DNA of 64,000 nucleotides from Podospora anserina (lineage: Eukaryota), in assembly GCA_017654855.1 (NCBI GenBank), contig CM030338.1, forward strand, positions 248,001 to 312,000. The letters are read 5' to 3'. Each line of letters starts with the position of its first letter. Position 1 is the stretch's first letter. This document shows positions 12,084-24,708 of this stretch, one piece after another. Under the pieces are notes generated by a model that had not been told where the DNA came from, ran no database searches, and saw only the letters and a program-made list of their open reading frames with translations. Made by a program: the position numbers and the translations under genes.

Positions 12084-14066
12084 ATGGTGCCGACTTACAC
12101 TCGTTTATCGACACTCGCTGTCTCACTTCTGGCAGTCAGCGCAACGACGACCGCGCATGTGCTTCTCCCATTTGCACAGCACCACGAGCGCGGCCACCAG
12201 CTCTCTGCCCGCAACGATGGCACAACTCAGCTCTCGCTCGTCACAGAGACGTATGCTTACGCCGTGGAGGCTGAAGTTGGGACGCCTGCCCAAAATATGA
12301 AGATGCTGGTGTCGCCCAATACCGGGCATTCTTGGGTCATCAGCAGTTCATCGTCAAACTGCCTGGACTACACTCGGTATAGGTACTGCACTCAGTACAA
12401 CGATAGGTATCCCTACGATCCAACAGAATGGGGCGATCCGGTGGGAACGCCCTGCACCGAGGGAAAAGTCGTTACACGGCCAGGGCAGTGCTTATGGGGA
12501 ACCTGTACGTCGCCCTCTCTTTTAGGTTGAGGTTTTCCATCCCACATCGTAGCTGACATGATGGCAGACAACTCGAGCCTTTCATCTACCTATTTGACAG
12601 CCAACCAGCGATACATGAACTTCGAGGCGAGTACAGCCGAAGGCAGCGTCTCCGGAACCAACATGACGGATCATCTCAAGATTGGCGGCCTGACAGTGGA
12701 GGACTACCCAATGGGCCTGATTACCTCTTCTAGCGCCCATGTTGGTGTACTCGGGCTCGGCTTCAACAGCTCCGGCTACTTGTACTCGTCGTATTCGTCG
12801 TCGTCGTCTTACACAACGCAAATGTACACCAACTTCATCGACCGACTCGTCCAGGGAGGCAAGAGCAAATCTCAAGCCTACAGCATGTGGCTCGACGATG
12901 CCGAGGGAAAGTCGGGCGGGCTGTTGTTCGGTGCTGTGGATAGGTCGAGATATACGGGCGACCTCGTGCGCCTGTCCGGGTCGAACGATTACCTTTCCGT
13001 GGCCGGCAACATGGTTGGAAACGTGTTTGGCACCGTGATCAACACCATCAACGGAACCAAGGGTGGCAAAGAACTGCCGGCTCTGCGCACACATGACTTC
13101 CCACTCGACGTCTCGATCAGCCCAAGCAATATTTACTCGTTCCTCCCCAGTGGGATGGCGGATCAGATGGCCGAAGCAGTGGGGGCGACCTGGAACACCA
13201 CCCTTGGAGGCTTTGTGATACCCTGTGACGCCTCCCTATCCAACGCAGTTCAGTACCAGATCGAGGTTGGGGGACCAGGTGGCCCGGTTCTCCACGTCGA
13301 GACGAGCGATCTTATCGTCCAACCAAGCGTTTACGCCGGCCGCACCAGCAGCTCTGCGAGAGGCCTTGAGCCCGCAAAGCTCATGGGCGCAAGCAACCTC
13401 TGCTTCTTTGGCATTCAGAAACGAACCAACAGCTACAGCTCGTCGTCTCGTCTGGGCACATATGCCAATATCGGCAGTTCCCTTTTGCGGCGCAGTTATC
13501 TTGTTTTCGACCTCAGCAACCATGAAATTGCCATCGCGCGGGCCAAGTTTGCCTCGAATGGAAACAAGCCCTCTCCAGACATTGTGCCGTTCAGTCGGTT
13601 CGGAGCCAGGGTGCCCGGTGCCAAACAACTCCCAGTTACTTGCTCGAGCAGCGGTTGCAAGGACAACTTGGACGGTGGGAATTTCGATGATGGGGACTCA
13701 AACGACCGCGGATCCGGCTCGGGCTCGTGGTCTGGCTATTACCCCGGGAGTTCAGCGGCCGCTGAACGTCTACACTGGCGAAATGTGGCTCTTGGGTTGG
13801 GTATAGCCGGCGGTATCCTCTGCATCGTTGCCGTTGTTGCGGCCGTCGTGGTGTGCAGGCGAATTAGGCGTGCGGAGAAGAATTCGGACAAGGAAGGAGA
13901 GGCAAGCGATGCGAACTCTGGCGACGTGGCCGTGGGTGTTGCGCAAGCTGCGCCCATCAACAGGAGATCGTCGCCGCCGGTTGTCCCGATGCCTGTGATT
14001 GAGGAGAAGCAGGAAGCGTCAGGTTCGACAGAGCAGCCAGCAAAAGGCAAAGACAGTACCAGTTGA
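12084..14066 (+). CDS. Pepsin/yapsin-like A1 peptidase homolog, type I membrane protein, predicted catalytically inactive
   Basis: Signal peptide; YAVEAEVGTPAQ, GVLGLG, YSMWLD, GGLLFGAVDRSRYTG, IGSSLLRRSYLVFDL. TM helix followed by RRIRR. Intron 12505-12567. Both DTG-equivalent sites read SP. Confidence 0.88.
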
Positions 14067-14495
14067 TAGCCTTGATTCTTAATGATGATACCCCTTTTGC
14101 GTACTAGCCCATCTGCCTGTCATGCGCCCACGGAACGATCCGTGTTGCAACGTCATTGCTGATTACGTCTGTTCATCCCATTCATTGTTGCTCAAGTGTG
14201 GCTTGCCTGCCCGTCAGGGTCCAATACTGACGTCATCTGTCCAAGTTCATCAGCACCACCCACGTCAACGCCCGTTTTTTGTCTTGCCCACGACGGCGGG
14301 TTGAACAGCCCCGTTGCAGGTCTCTCTATAAAGACCAACCGGTTCGTTTTGTCTGGAACCATTGTCCAAGACTTTCTCCAACAGATAAACACCAGCCACA
14401 TCCAGCTCGCAACTTACACGCGGTCCATCCCCTCAACACCATAACTGACTATCACCAACCAAATACTACAACAACCTACCTAAACAACCGCAAAA

Positions 14496-14894
14496 ATGGC
14501 CATCACCAACGCCATCACCGACCTCATCTCCTCCTTCCTCGAGCTCTTCTCCTCCCTCTTCCACACCGTCTTCGCCATCACCAACTCGTTTGTCTCCGGC
14601 ATCCTCAGCCTCTTCAACGGCTTCTTCATCTTCATCGGCGACATCTTCAAGGGTGTGTTTGACGTCGTAGGCGGCGTGGGCAGGTTCCTTGCCGGTAAGT
14701 CTCCTTTCCTGTCTTTTCCTCCCGCGCCCATCTGCCCGGTAAGAAAGCTGACGATTTCCTACGCAGGCAACATTGTCATCCTGGGTATCATCGCTGCTGC
14801 TGGGTATGCATATGTCCGCTTTGCTGGTCAGCAGACGGGCCGGTCGGGGCGACCCGTTGCGAATGGTGTCGGAAAGGGGTTGAAGACGCAGTAA
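14496..14894 (+). CDS. Small membrane protein with N-terminal amphipathic helices and a C-terminal TM segment
   Basis: Good ATG context (AAAAATGG), strong C-ending codon bias, 72-nt intron 14695-14766, TM segment NIVILGIIAAAGYAYV. Confidence 0.8.
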   Translation: MAITNAITDLISSFLELFSSLFHTVFAITNSFVSGILSLFNGFFIFIGDIFKGVFDVVGGVGRFLAGKSPFLSFPPAPICPVRKLTISYAGNIVILGIIAAAGYAYVRFAGQQTGRSGRPVANGVGKGLKTQ

Positions 14895-15342
14895 AATGTT
14901 GGTAACTTCACAGGAATCTTGACGAGACAGGAAACGAAAGGGGGTTAATGGCAGGGCGGCTCCTTTGTTTTTGGTGATACCTCATGTACCAATATGATGC
15001 TTTTGAACATTAATACCACACATGTTGCATACGGCAAAGGGTAGCTGTATTGTTGCAATAAGATCATGAGGATGAAGTTGAAGGATTCTGATGAGCAAAT
15101 ATATATATACAGTATCATGCAAACAATAGAATCACTAACGAACACAAGCGGAGTATCACAAAGAAAGGGAAAACAAAAAGCACCCCATCTCCCATGCGCC
15201 ACGCATCTCCTTACACCCACATATACGATCCGGGTGTGCCAAGTCCTGCCTGAACCCCCAGCTGCCAAAATGCACACAGTCAAAACCTATATCTCCTCCT
15301 CTTCTAACGCTCCTTCGCTATGCATGTCAAGTCATCAATCAC

Positions 15343-18300
15343 TCAGTTCTCCAGCTGTGACTCCACCGCAGTCTCGTACTCTTCCTCACCCTTACCCTTC
15401 TGCACAATTACTGGATATTTGGCCATTCCATCGTCCTCCTTCTTCTTGTCCTTCTGGCTCTGCTCTTCCTCACCGCTCTCGCTGCTGCTCCCACTGCTGC
15501 TCTCACTTCCGCTGCTCTTCTTTCCCTTTTTCTTTCTCCTCTCCTTCTTCTTCCTCTTCTCTACCTCGCTATCGCCTTCATATGCCGCCTCCTCCTTCTC
15601 ACTCTCTTCGTCCCTGTGAATCTTGGTGCTCCGGGCGCCACCAGCGTTGGCCTGGGCGTTATCCAGATCGACTCCGCCCTTCTCACCCATACCACCCTCA
15701 CCAAGCTCACCGCCTTCCATAACCACACGAAGCTCCAGATCTTCATCCTTGGAGTAGACTCTGAGGCCGACCACGCAAATGGCATTCCACGGATCGGGCT
15801 CGTTCTCGTCCTCGGTTTCGTCCCGATACTTGCTGACGACGGCTTGACCAGCAGGGGGCGGGGCGGCCATGCGCGGCTTGCGCGTCATGTCGTCGCTGCT
15901 GTAAAGCGCTTCCCAGTCTTCGACCGGGGAGGCGCTCGACTCGCCATCTGAGGTCACGTACATGTTGGGCGGCTTCTTTTGCTGCACGGGAGGAGGTGGT
16001 GGGGAAGGGTTGGAAGTGGCCGGTGGCGGGGGAGGGGATCCAGTAGAAGTGGGAGACGAGGCCGCAGCTGCAGCCTTGTCTTCATCCTTGGGCTTGGCCT
16101 TGTCCGTATCAGGGGTGGCAGCATCGCTCTTGGGGGTGAGCTGTGGAGTGCCCGAAGACTCCGAGGTAGCTGCAGACGGTGTTTTGGCATCTTCATCCTT
16201 GGGCTGCTCGGGGTTGTCCTCACCCTTGACTTGATCCTTGTCCTTGGTCTTGTCTTCTGCTTTGTCGTCAGCCTTGTCTTTTGAAGTCTCGGTGGCCTCC
16301 TTCTTCTCGTCAGGCGTCGTCTCGGTCTCGTCCCCAGATAGTCCAGAAGCTTCGTGTTCCGTCTTCTCGAGAGAAGGAGTCTCAGAGGGAGTGGCGAGCG
16401 GGGTGTCTTCACCTTCTTCGTCGGAACTCTTGGCATCATCTACTACTACCGGCGTGCTGTCTTCTCTCTTGGGCTCCGTCTCGGCCTTGGCTGGATCCTC
16501 GGCCGCTTTGTCGGCTTCCTTCTTCTGTGTGTCCTGCCCCTTGGTCTTTAAGCCGGGGGTCTTGCCATCAGACTTTGCATCCTTGGACTCGTCTGTCTTG
16601 GGAACATCAGTAGCCCTGGCCTCGACAGGCTTTTCCTCCTTCGGGGCGATGTCGGTCTGAACGCCAGCATCCTTGGGCTTCAGCTCCTCTTCCGCGCGCT
16701 TCTTAGCCTCACGGGCAGCTTGCTTAGCCTCGAGCTTCTTGTTGTTCTTGCGGCCTTGCTTCTTGGTGATCTCCCGGTTAAGGTGACGCTTTTCCCAATT
16801 CTTGCGGCGCTCTTTGACACGAGCCTCGCTGGCCTTCTTCTGGTCTGCCTTCTTACGAAGCTTCTTGACAGCTTCCAGATGGGCAGCGGCTTTGCTGTGA
16901 GCCAGATCATAGGCATAGCCAACCTGGGCGAGCTTCTCATTCTCGACGCGCTTCTTGCACTCGCGCTTGACAACCTCCTCAATGCTCAAGGCCTCAGAAT
17001 CTCGTTCGCCAACGACGCTGATGAACACGCTGTAGTTTCCAGGCAGCATGGACGGGAGTTCAATAGAGACAGAACGATCCATGAGATAGTTTCCATGGCT
17101 ACGGACAATGTAGTCTTCCGGGTCTGGTCGGTCTTGCTCGTGCAGTCGGAACTGCAGTCGGAATGAGTACTGGCCATGAAGTCCCTTGAAGTAGCGGTTG
17201 TCGAGCTGGCTCAGAACAATGACAAGAGGAGACTCCTTTGTCAACTTGATGTGGAACTTTTCGTTGTACTGAGGCTTCCACGGCACCTCGACGCCGATCC
17301 ATCTCTGACAGCAGCGCCAGTCTTTCTCGCGGAACAGACGGGTCCGGTCGAAATGCTGGTACTTGCGAAGCAGGTCCTCGTACGAGATCCAGAAGACGCT
17401 GTCGCTGCCGAAATGGTGGCCCAGTTCTTCCTGTACCTCGGTGGTCCACTCCTTGGAGCCATCAGACCACGCGCCTTCCCAGATACCCTTCTTGGTCTTA
17501 CCCCAGGGGTTTCTGAGTTTAAGAAGGCGAGTGCCATTCTTGAGGGTGCGAGCTTCCATCACGACGTATGCGTGGCCTTCTGAGATGCCGTCACGATCGC
17601 CGTAGCCGCCGTCGAGAAGACCAGTGCTGCAGCCAAAAAGAAACTCCTCGTTGACTCGGCTGAGTTCGTTCTCCCAGAATCCGTCAAGATCCAAGATGTC
17701 AGATGCAAGAAGCTCGGTGGTGACACCTCCCGAGAGGTCTTCCAATCCCTCTCCGATCCAGCCACCAGCCAAGGAGGCGTAATCGCCGTGTGCTTTGGCA
17801 TATGCCTTCTCGATGAGCGGCACCCAGGTTTCGTTCTGATCCTTGCATTGAGCAAAGAACAGGGCTTTTGAGCCTGTTTGATACGTCTGTCGGTAAACTC
17901 TTTCGACGTCCTCGCGGTCAATTTGCTGCAAGAGATCGCGCTGCATACTAGGAGAGTCCCAGCAAGGCGACTTGAGAAAGAGCTTGTCGTCGATGATAGA
18001 GTAGATCCACTCGCCATCTGATGGGGTTGTTAGTCAGACTGTAGGGCAGGCCGGACAATCAAGAGCAAAGAATTTTACCTCTGTAGAAGACAAAGCCGTA
18101 GATACCAATGCGGGTATCGTACTCGACGCAGATGCGCTTGATACCATCCTCCACATTGGCCAGTCCCGAGAAACTAGCCATCAACCAGCAGTCGCCAAGA
18201 CTACCCTGCTTGACGTCGTTTCCGCTGAGATTGGCCATGAAGGTCGGCTTCTCGAAGATCTCGTGGACTCGCTTGACGGCCTTGGGAACAACGGAGCTGG

Positions 18301-18804
18301 GGTTGAGCATGGTCGACATGCTGAGGTCGTATTTGGTGCGCCCTAGGGTGTTGAGAGTATGCCCCTTTTCCATCTTGAGATCCCAGTCCTGATCAAAGAT
18401 ATCAGCATGTGCTATGGCAGATCTGAACAAGGAAGAACACCTACCAGATCCCACCCAGGATCCCGATATCGCATATTCACCCTTCGGCATTCTTGGATGA
18501 TCTTCTGGACTTTCCGCCTACATTCAGAAGCAGCGCGTTCGTACCCAGCACTGAGAAGCTCGTTGGATCGCTCAGAAATCGACGGAGGGAGAACCGGGTC
18601 GAAGGGCAAGACTGCTACCGCCTTGTTGAACCGCTTGTCGCTGAAGCGTTTCCATATCCGGTTGATTCTCTGCTGAGGAGGCACCTTGCGTTTCTTCTTC
18701 TTCTTGTTGGCGTCGTTGGTAGTCGTGGTGGCAGGAACCGTTGCCTTGTGCTTGCGGTAGCTATAGTAGTCATCCGTCTCCGAGGAAGACGAGTAGCCAT
18801 GCAT
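15343..18804 (-). CDS. Calpain-family (C2) cysteine protease with long charged low-complexity C-terminus
   Basis: Catalytic triad QGSLGDCWL, GHAY, LRNPWG; WVPLIEKAYAKAHG. Introns 18389-18444 and 18018-18078. Confidence 0.93.
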
Positions 18805-21800
18805 GATGGACAGATATGTCGAGGGCGTCGACGGGAGAAACGAAGTGCAAGTCCTCGGCCTCTAAAGGGAGGAAACGTTGAGAGAATGTAGGAGGAGCTT
18901 GACAAGGCTCGGAGAGAACCTGTTGCAAGTCCAAGATAGGTAGGTCGTCAATATAACCAACACCGGCCCAGCCTGGGGGGTTTATAAGACGCAATTAATC
19001 TCTGCTTGATAACGAGGTATCCGTCAGCAAGAGGCACAAAAATATCCGATAAGCAATCTTTAAACAAAGACTGGCTGATAAAGAGCGGTGCGGCCTGTAC
19101 CCCTGAGTGGTGGAAGGCCGGCCAGTGCGGTGGCGGCACCAGCCAAAAGGGGGCGTTCTAGATGCGATCGACACTCCGGTCCATGGCCGAGATGGGGGAA
19201 GCTGAAAGCCAAGGGTTCAATGGAACTCACTGTTGGGACAAAGGATGGGGAGACGGTCTCAAAGGCAAGTCTCCGATACCATGGTATTGTTGAGATTGTT
19301 CAGACGGAATTCGAGGCGGGCATCCTTCGAGAAGGTCGAGGAGAAGAAGGAATGGGATGAGAGCTCGGCGGTGTCCAGTATATACCCCTCGGACGCCCTC
19401 GACAAGTGAGCAGGCACACGGCAGCTTTGCGTCTGGCTGAAGCAGCGGACACATCCAGATCACGACAAGTCCCACAGGTACAAGACGAGCCAAGCAAGGG
19501 TCTACACCACCACGACCACTCACCGACGGAGCTGCTGTGGGTGAGTAGTGAGGTATCAAAGATGCCGCCATTCAGAAGCAGCACTGTGCCCCACCAGAGT
19601 GGCCAAGGGTGCCATGGGGTGACTCTGTATGATTTGCCTCTTGACAGGCATTGGTTGGCCATGGGGAAAAGTGCACTTCCTCCTCCGGGATTCAACAGTC
19701 AGGCGCCGCCCAGATGCGTTTCGAGAGGAACACGGAGGGGCGGGTGGGATGTCATGTCGGGTGGCCGACACTGCTGACTGAGGCGGGAATGGTGGCGTTG
19801 CCGACTTCCAGGTTGCCCTGCTTCATGAGCACTGCTGCTAGCCGGGCGTGCCGGGTTCTCGTGTTGTCGACATCCAACTGGACTCGGGATGGAATCGGTT
19901 CCTCGGAGGAAGTATGTGTGAAGGCAAAGACAGGACTCAACTGTGAGTGGAACCCCGAGTCGGAGCTTGGACACTCGAGTTCCAGTGGGATCGAAGTGGA
20001 TCCTGGAATGGAACCTGGAGCTGCAGGGTGCACGTTCCCCGCCTGCCTGCCTGCTGCTTTGGTCGTCGCCCACCCCCACAGTTTGCAGGTTGGATTCCCC
20101 TCCAGGTTTGTACTACCTCATGGAGATGTTGAACAATGGAAAGTGACAAAGCTTGAGACGGGACACGAGGTTACCAACAGAGGGAGACAGCCAACAAGAT
20201 GTTGATGAGTACATCGGTTCATTCTAGAACAATGAGGTGAGGCGTGTTGTTCTAAAGTTGCCACCGTGAAATCAATGGGGAATGCCAATCCAGGATTGCC
20301 CTGTTGCACCCCGCCTTCAGTGGAGCAGAGCCCCGGCATTTCGTGATCAACAACCGGCCTTGGGAGCGAGAAATCCATTTTCTGGCCTCCACGTTTCAAA
20401 ACTCCATGTGGTCACAACCGATAAGAAGGTGCCGCCGCTGTCTAAGATGGCCTCCACGATGCCGCTGTGCTGACTCAAACCGTCAGAACAGCATGTACAT
20501 GGAGATAGTTCAGGGTATGTCGACCTATCGCTTCTATTTTGGTGGGCGGGGCTTGTGTGCCGAAAGAGGGTGGGAAGAACCCCTTCTTGGGTCTCATGGG
20601 CTCTCAGATTTGTGTACGCTACAGTCAGTTGCCTTCAAAAGGCAGCATGACAGCCACTCCTCAAGGTCCCGTCTTTTGATTTAGGGGATCACGAGGCTCT
20701 AGGTAGTGTAGGCATCCCAAGCTCATCACCACATCACCTACTGCGCGTATCAGAAGTATCATCAACACGGCCCGGAATAGCATCGACTTATACAATTATC
20801 ATTCTTAAGCTCCGAGCTTCGCACCGCCGATCGCCATGGAAGCGAGGTCTTTATGGCCGATCAAGGGTCCCTCCCGTGTGGGAGACCCTTGGATTCTCCC
20901 ACACACACACTCCCGTGTGGACTGCGGTCCATATCCATCCAACCACTCAGCCTCATGCTCGATGCAGCAGCCCTGATTATCTGCAAGGCGGTACGAGGTG
21001 CATCGGGACGGACAAACTCGGCTTCCCGCCGTTTTGTTAGGTTCCCACGAAACCTGCTCAGGTTGTATGCCGATATCTCCATCCAACAGAAAGTAGTGCT
21101 GCCTGTACTCTTCCAGCTACTGTCACCTTGGTAACACCGCGATCCTTGTTAACTCGGGTGCAACAGAAGAGGGGACAGCCGGTCGAAGCCGTACAACATC
21201 TCACAGCTACCTTGGGTTGTCTCCAGTCTTTGCATCTTGGGCATCAGGCAGTCAAGAGAGTCACTCTGCATGACGGCCTGTGTTGCTTGAACAATCATAC
21301 CTCGGGTACCTTATATTGATTCCAACTGGTTGACCTCTTCGCCGGTCAAGTAAACCACCGGCGTTCGCCATGTTCATTTCAGAATTTCTCCGAGTTGACC
21401 ATGACAAAGGCAACCTACTCTGACCTGTTGCTCGGCAAATCCGCGTGCTGGAGTAGTGCAGGCATCCCAAGCCTGGTAAACACCTGGACATACCTACTCT
21501 GAAAGATTCCATCAGGTTGCACACGTACCACTCAAAGTCCGCATCAAACCCCGATAGATATCAGTCATGAGACAGTCGAGAACATATGAGATCAAATGTC
21601 TTGGGCAGGGAGCATCGTGGGACAACCGCATCAACATTCAAAATCACATATCGATCCGCGACTTTCGCTCATAGATGTCCTTCGAGTCTGAGTAATTTGT
21701 TGTATTGGGAACCGCCCGGAACACCAAGCCATCAGCATGGCGATACTCTACCTGTATGATCGACCTCAGCAACTCTAGGGGGCTTAAAGGTTAGTGTCAT

Positions 21801-21850
21801 CATGATCACCACGTGATGTTGTGTAATCATGGTTGGTCATAAAACAAAAC

Positions 21851-21981
21851 AAAGAGAAGAGAAGAGAAGAGAAGAGAAGAGAAGAGAAGAAAAGAGAAGA
21901 AAAGAAAAGAAAAGAAAAGAAAAGAAAAGAAAAGAAAAGAAAAGAAAAGAAAAGAAAAGAAAAGAAAAGAAAAGAAAAGAA
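21851..21981 (+). repeat. Compound pentanucleotide microsatellite (AAGAG)n then (AAAAG)n
   Basis: About 130 bp of uninterrupted purines, read directly from the sequence. Confidence 0.97.
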
Positions 21982-22708
21982 CAAGGCGGTTGAAAAACCT
22001 ATCCAGTGTTTTCTGACCATACCTAGGTATGCAAGTTCGCCCATAAGTTGTCAGCTTGTTACGCTGCGAGCACTGCCGGGCGGATAGGTAAGTTTGCTGG
22101 CACTGTTGATAGAGGGTGTGGTAAGTAGGTACGCAACATGTACGTAACATGATGCAGAGTCACACTCCGTACCTACACGCGTCACATCGGGTCTTTGCTT
22201 CAGCCGGGTCATACTGAGATCGTTTCTTCCGACATGTCGTGGCTATGCGTGAGGGTTGAATTGTGGTAGTCCCCCACGGTTAGAACCTGTGCAATTAGCA
22301 CAGAACCATACATCGGTAGAGAGGGGACGGAATATATTGAGGAGCCTACGGCACAGATTATGTCTGTTTGGATTCCTGTAAAGCAGTTTTTCAATGGCAC
22401 CCCTATCCTCATTCCACCTATTGAACTGTCCGTTTAGCAGCAACGGTACATTCGAAATTATATTTAGTAGTTTTTCAAGTCACGACACTTGAGTTGAGAC
22501 AGCCATGGACAAAATCAAAGATGACCTATGGGCTTTGTGCTTTTCAAATTATCCATTTAACATCACGCACATGGATTGTCGTGGACACATGATTGTGTCC
22601 TCTTTGGAACTCGGAATACGCTCATATCCTGGCTCAAGCAGAACTATCGTAAATGTCCTACATGTCGCTTAAAATGCATGCAAATCTCAGATTCATGCTA
22701 ACGCCGTC

Positions 22709-23650
22709 TCACAAATGTAAACCGCCTCCATGGAGAATTTCATGACCCGCCCCAGAACTCCCCTCCCTAACCCAATCCAACACCCTGCCCCAAACCTCCA
22801 CTCCATCGTGCTGCCTTTCCATATCCCTCTGGATCTTCCCCAACATCGTCACCCTTTCTTCCTCTTCAGACTCTGACGACCCGGTCTCCCCTTCGCTCAC
22901 ACTGTTCTTCCCAAGACTATACCACCTAACCGCATCCCCCACCCTCAACTTGGCACACCGAGCATCCTTTTCAGGATGACCCTGAAAGGTCAGAATCGCG
23001 TTATTCTGGCTGACAAAAGCCTGGTTGTCAACCAACAATTCGTGAAACCCCTTTGGTGTCGTGCCAAGCGCGCGACGGTGATGCTGCTGAAGACTCAAAA
23101 CCTTCTTCCCCACCTTTCCATGCGAGGTGCTGGCCCGGTGCTGCTGTTGATGATGATGGTGATGATCCCTCGAACCGAAAAACTTCTGCCCCAGCGGCGT
23201 TAGAGCCGCCTCGGTCACCCCCAGCTCGGGATGTTCCAGATCAATCACCTCGCCACCAAACAGCATCCCAATCGTCTGGTGTCCCCAGCATATCCCGCAA
23301 ATTTTCTGCCGCGGGTAGTTCTTGACCGTGTCAAGAATGAACTTGTGAACCCTCAAGATCCACGCGTGCCTCTTCCTCGGGTCGGCGTTTCCGCCCCCGA
23401 TGACGATCAAGTCGTAGTTGTCCCGGCTCAAATCAGGCAGGTCGTTCTCCTGCTTGTAGTTATCGGCCGGGTAGAAAAAAGAGAGTTGAGTGTCCGGGTG
23501 GTGGGTGACCTGGGAGAGGGAGCGAATGTACGAGTCCCTAATCTCGTGGATGAAGGGTGAACGGTACGAGTTGAGCAGGATGGCGAGTTTGAGAGGCCTG
23601 CTGTGGGGTACCGTCTTCACGATAGAATGGGGGGATTCTAGAATAGTCAT
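22709..23650 (-). CDS. Stand-alone class I glutamine amidotransferase-like protein
   Basis: YDLIVIGGG, nucleophile elbow GICWGHQ, His-Glu motif FQGHPE. Intronless, with a His/Gln-rich insertion. Confidence 0.9.
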   Translation of the reverse strand: MTILESPHSIVKTVPHSRPLKLAILLNSYRSPFIHEIRDSYIRSLSQVTHHPDTQLSFFYPADNYKQENDLPDLSRDNYDLIVIGGGNADPRKRHAWILRVHKFILDTVKNYPRQKICGICWGHQTIGMLFGGEVIDLEHPELGVTEAALTPLGQKFFGSRDHHHHHQQQHRASTSHGKVGKKVLSLQQHHRRALGTTPKGFHELLVDNQAFVSQNNAILTFQGHPEKDARCAKLRVGDAVRWYSLGKNSVSEGETGSSESEEEERVTMLGKIQRDMERQHDGVEVWGRVLDWVREGSSGAGHEILHGGGLHL

Positions 23651-24708
23651 GTTGAATAAATTTGGAATTGATGAGTTGTGTTATTGGATCATGAATAACA
23701 TGTAACACACACACACACACATACCCGCGGGGTTGAACCTTGGGTGTTTTGACGTGTGTGGTGTTGCGAGTTGGGAGAGCGACTCTTTTGGGAGAAGAAA
23801 ACAAGAGCCGAAAGAGAAATCAACCCCAGAAACAGTGGGGATTTGCTGCTTATATATGCATTTATTTTCGAATTCCAACACCTGCCGAAAAGGCGTTTGA
23901 CAAGGGGGTGCACGGTTGGAATCGTGGATGGTTGAAGCTCAGGGGTGGTAGTGGTATTATTAGTGCGTCAGCTGATCACCCATATGGGGACCAGCCACCT
24001 GGCGCACCCGACGACACCATCTTCGAAACTCATGATATCACTGCTCCAGTTTCTCTCAATGATAAAGAGGTGATGGGACGGGCCTACATCATCAAACAAT
24101 GCCTTGTTGCTCTTGACCATGTGGTTCTCTTCTTTGTTTTCTGCCCTTCCGCCCAGACTCTAGAAAAACAGGGCCAACGGTTGAACTCCACTGGCGGACA
24201 AGGTACCGCTAGACATCACTTCGAAATTGATGCTTCCCAAACACATGGAGGGCCGAACGTTACCCGACCCGAGGAATGCAACGCCAGGAAGAACGGATGA
24301 GGCCCCGTCCGGATGGCATGTCAAGAAGTGCATTTTCATATCACGGGACAAATAGCGAGGCCGCCACAGAAGTGATAGGTCGATCAATATGCATGTTCAG
24401 CTTCTCTGCGTCGGACGAAGTTGTTCCAATTGAGATGCGCACCTTCTGCGCAAGCCACGAACCAATATCACGCTCACACTATTGTCACCAAAGCAGCACT
24501 TTGAAAAGTACTTCATACCAGGCTTGTATTTCTGGGGTTGGGGGTATTGGACCATATGAATCAAGCTTGTATTTACCCCAAGCTAGCTAAGACGCCGTCC
24601 CATTTTGGTTGCCATGCATGCAGTGCACCCGACCCGAAACCCGAATGTCAAACCCAAATCAAAGACCCTTGTGACTCCCCATTGAACAAGCTCCAGTTAA
24701 CGAGACCT

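Noticed and set aside
21784-22150. Phe/Ser-rich and Lys/Arg/Glu-rich ORFs
   Set aside because: Translations of the microsatellite.
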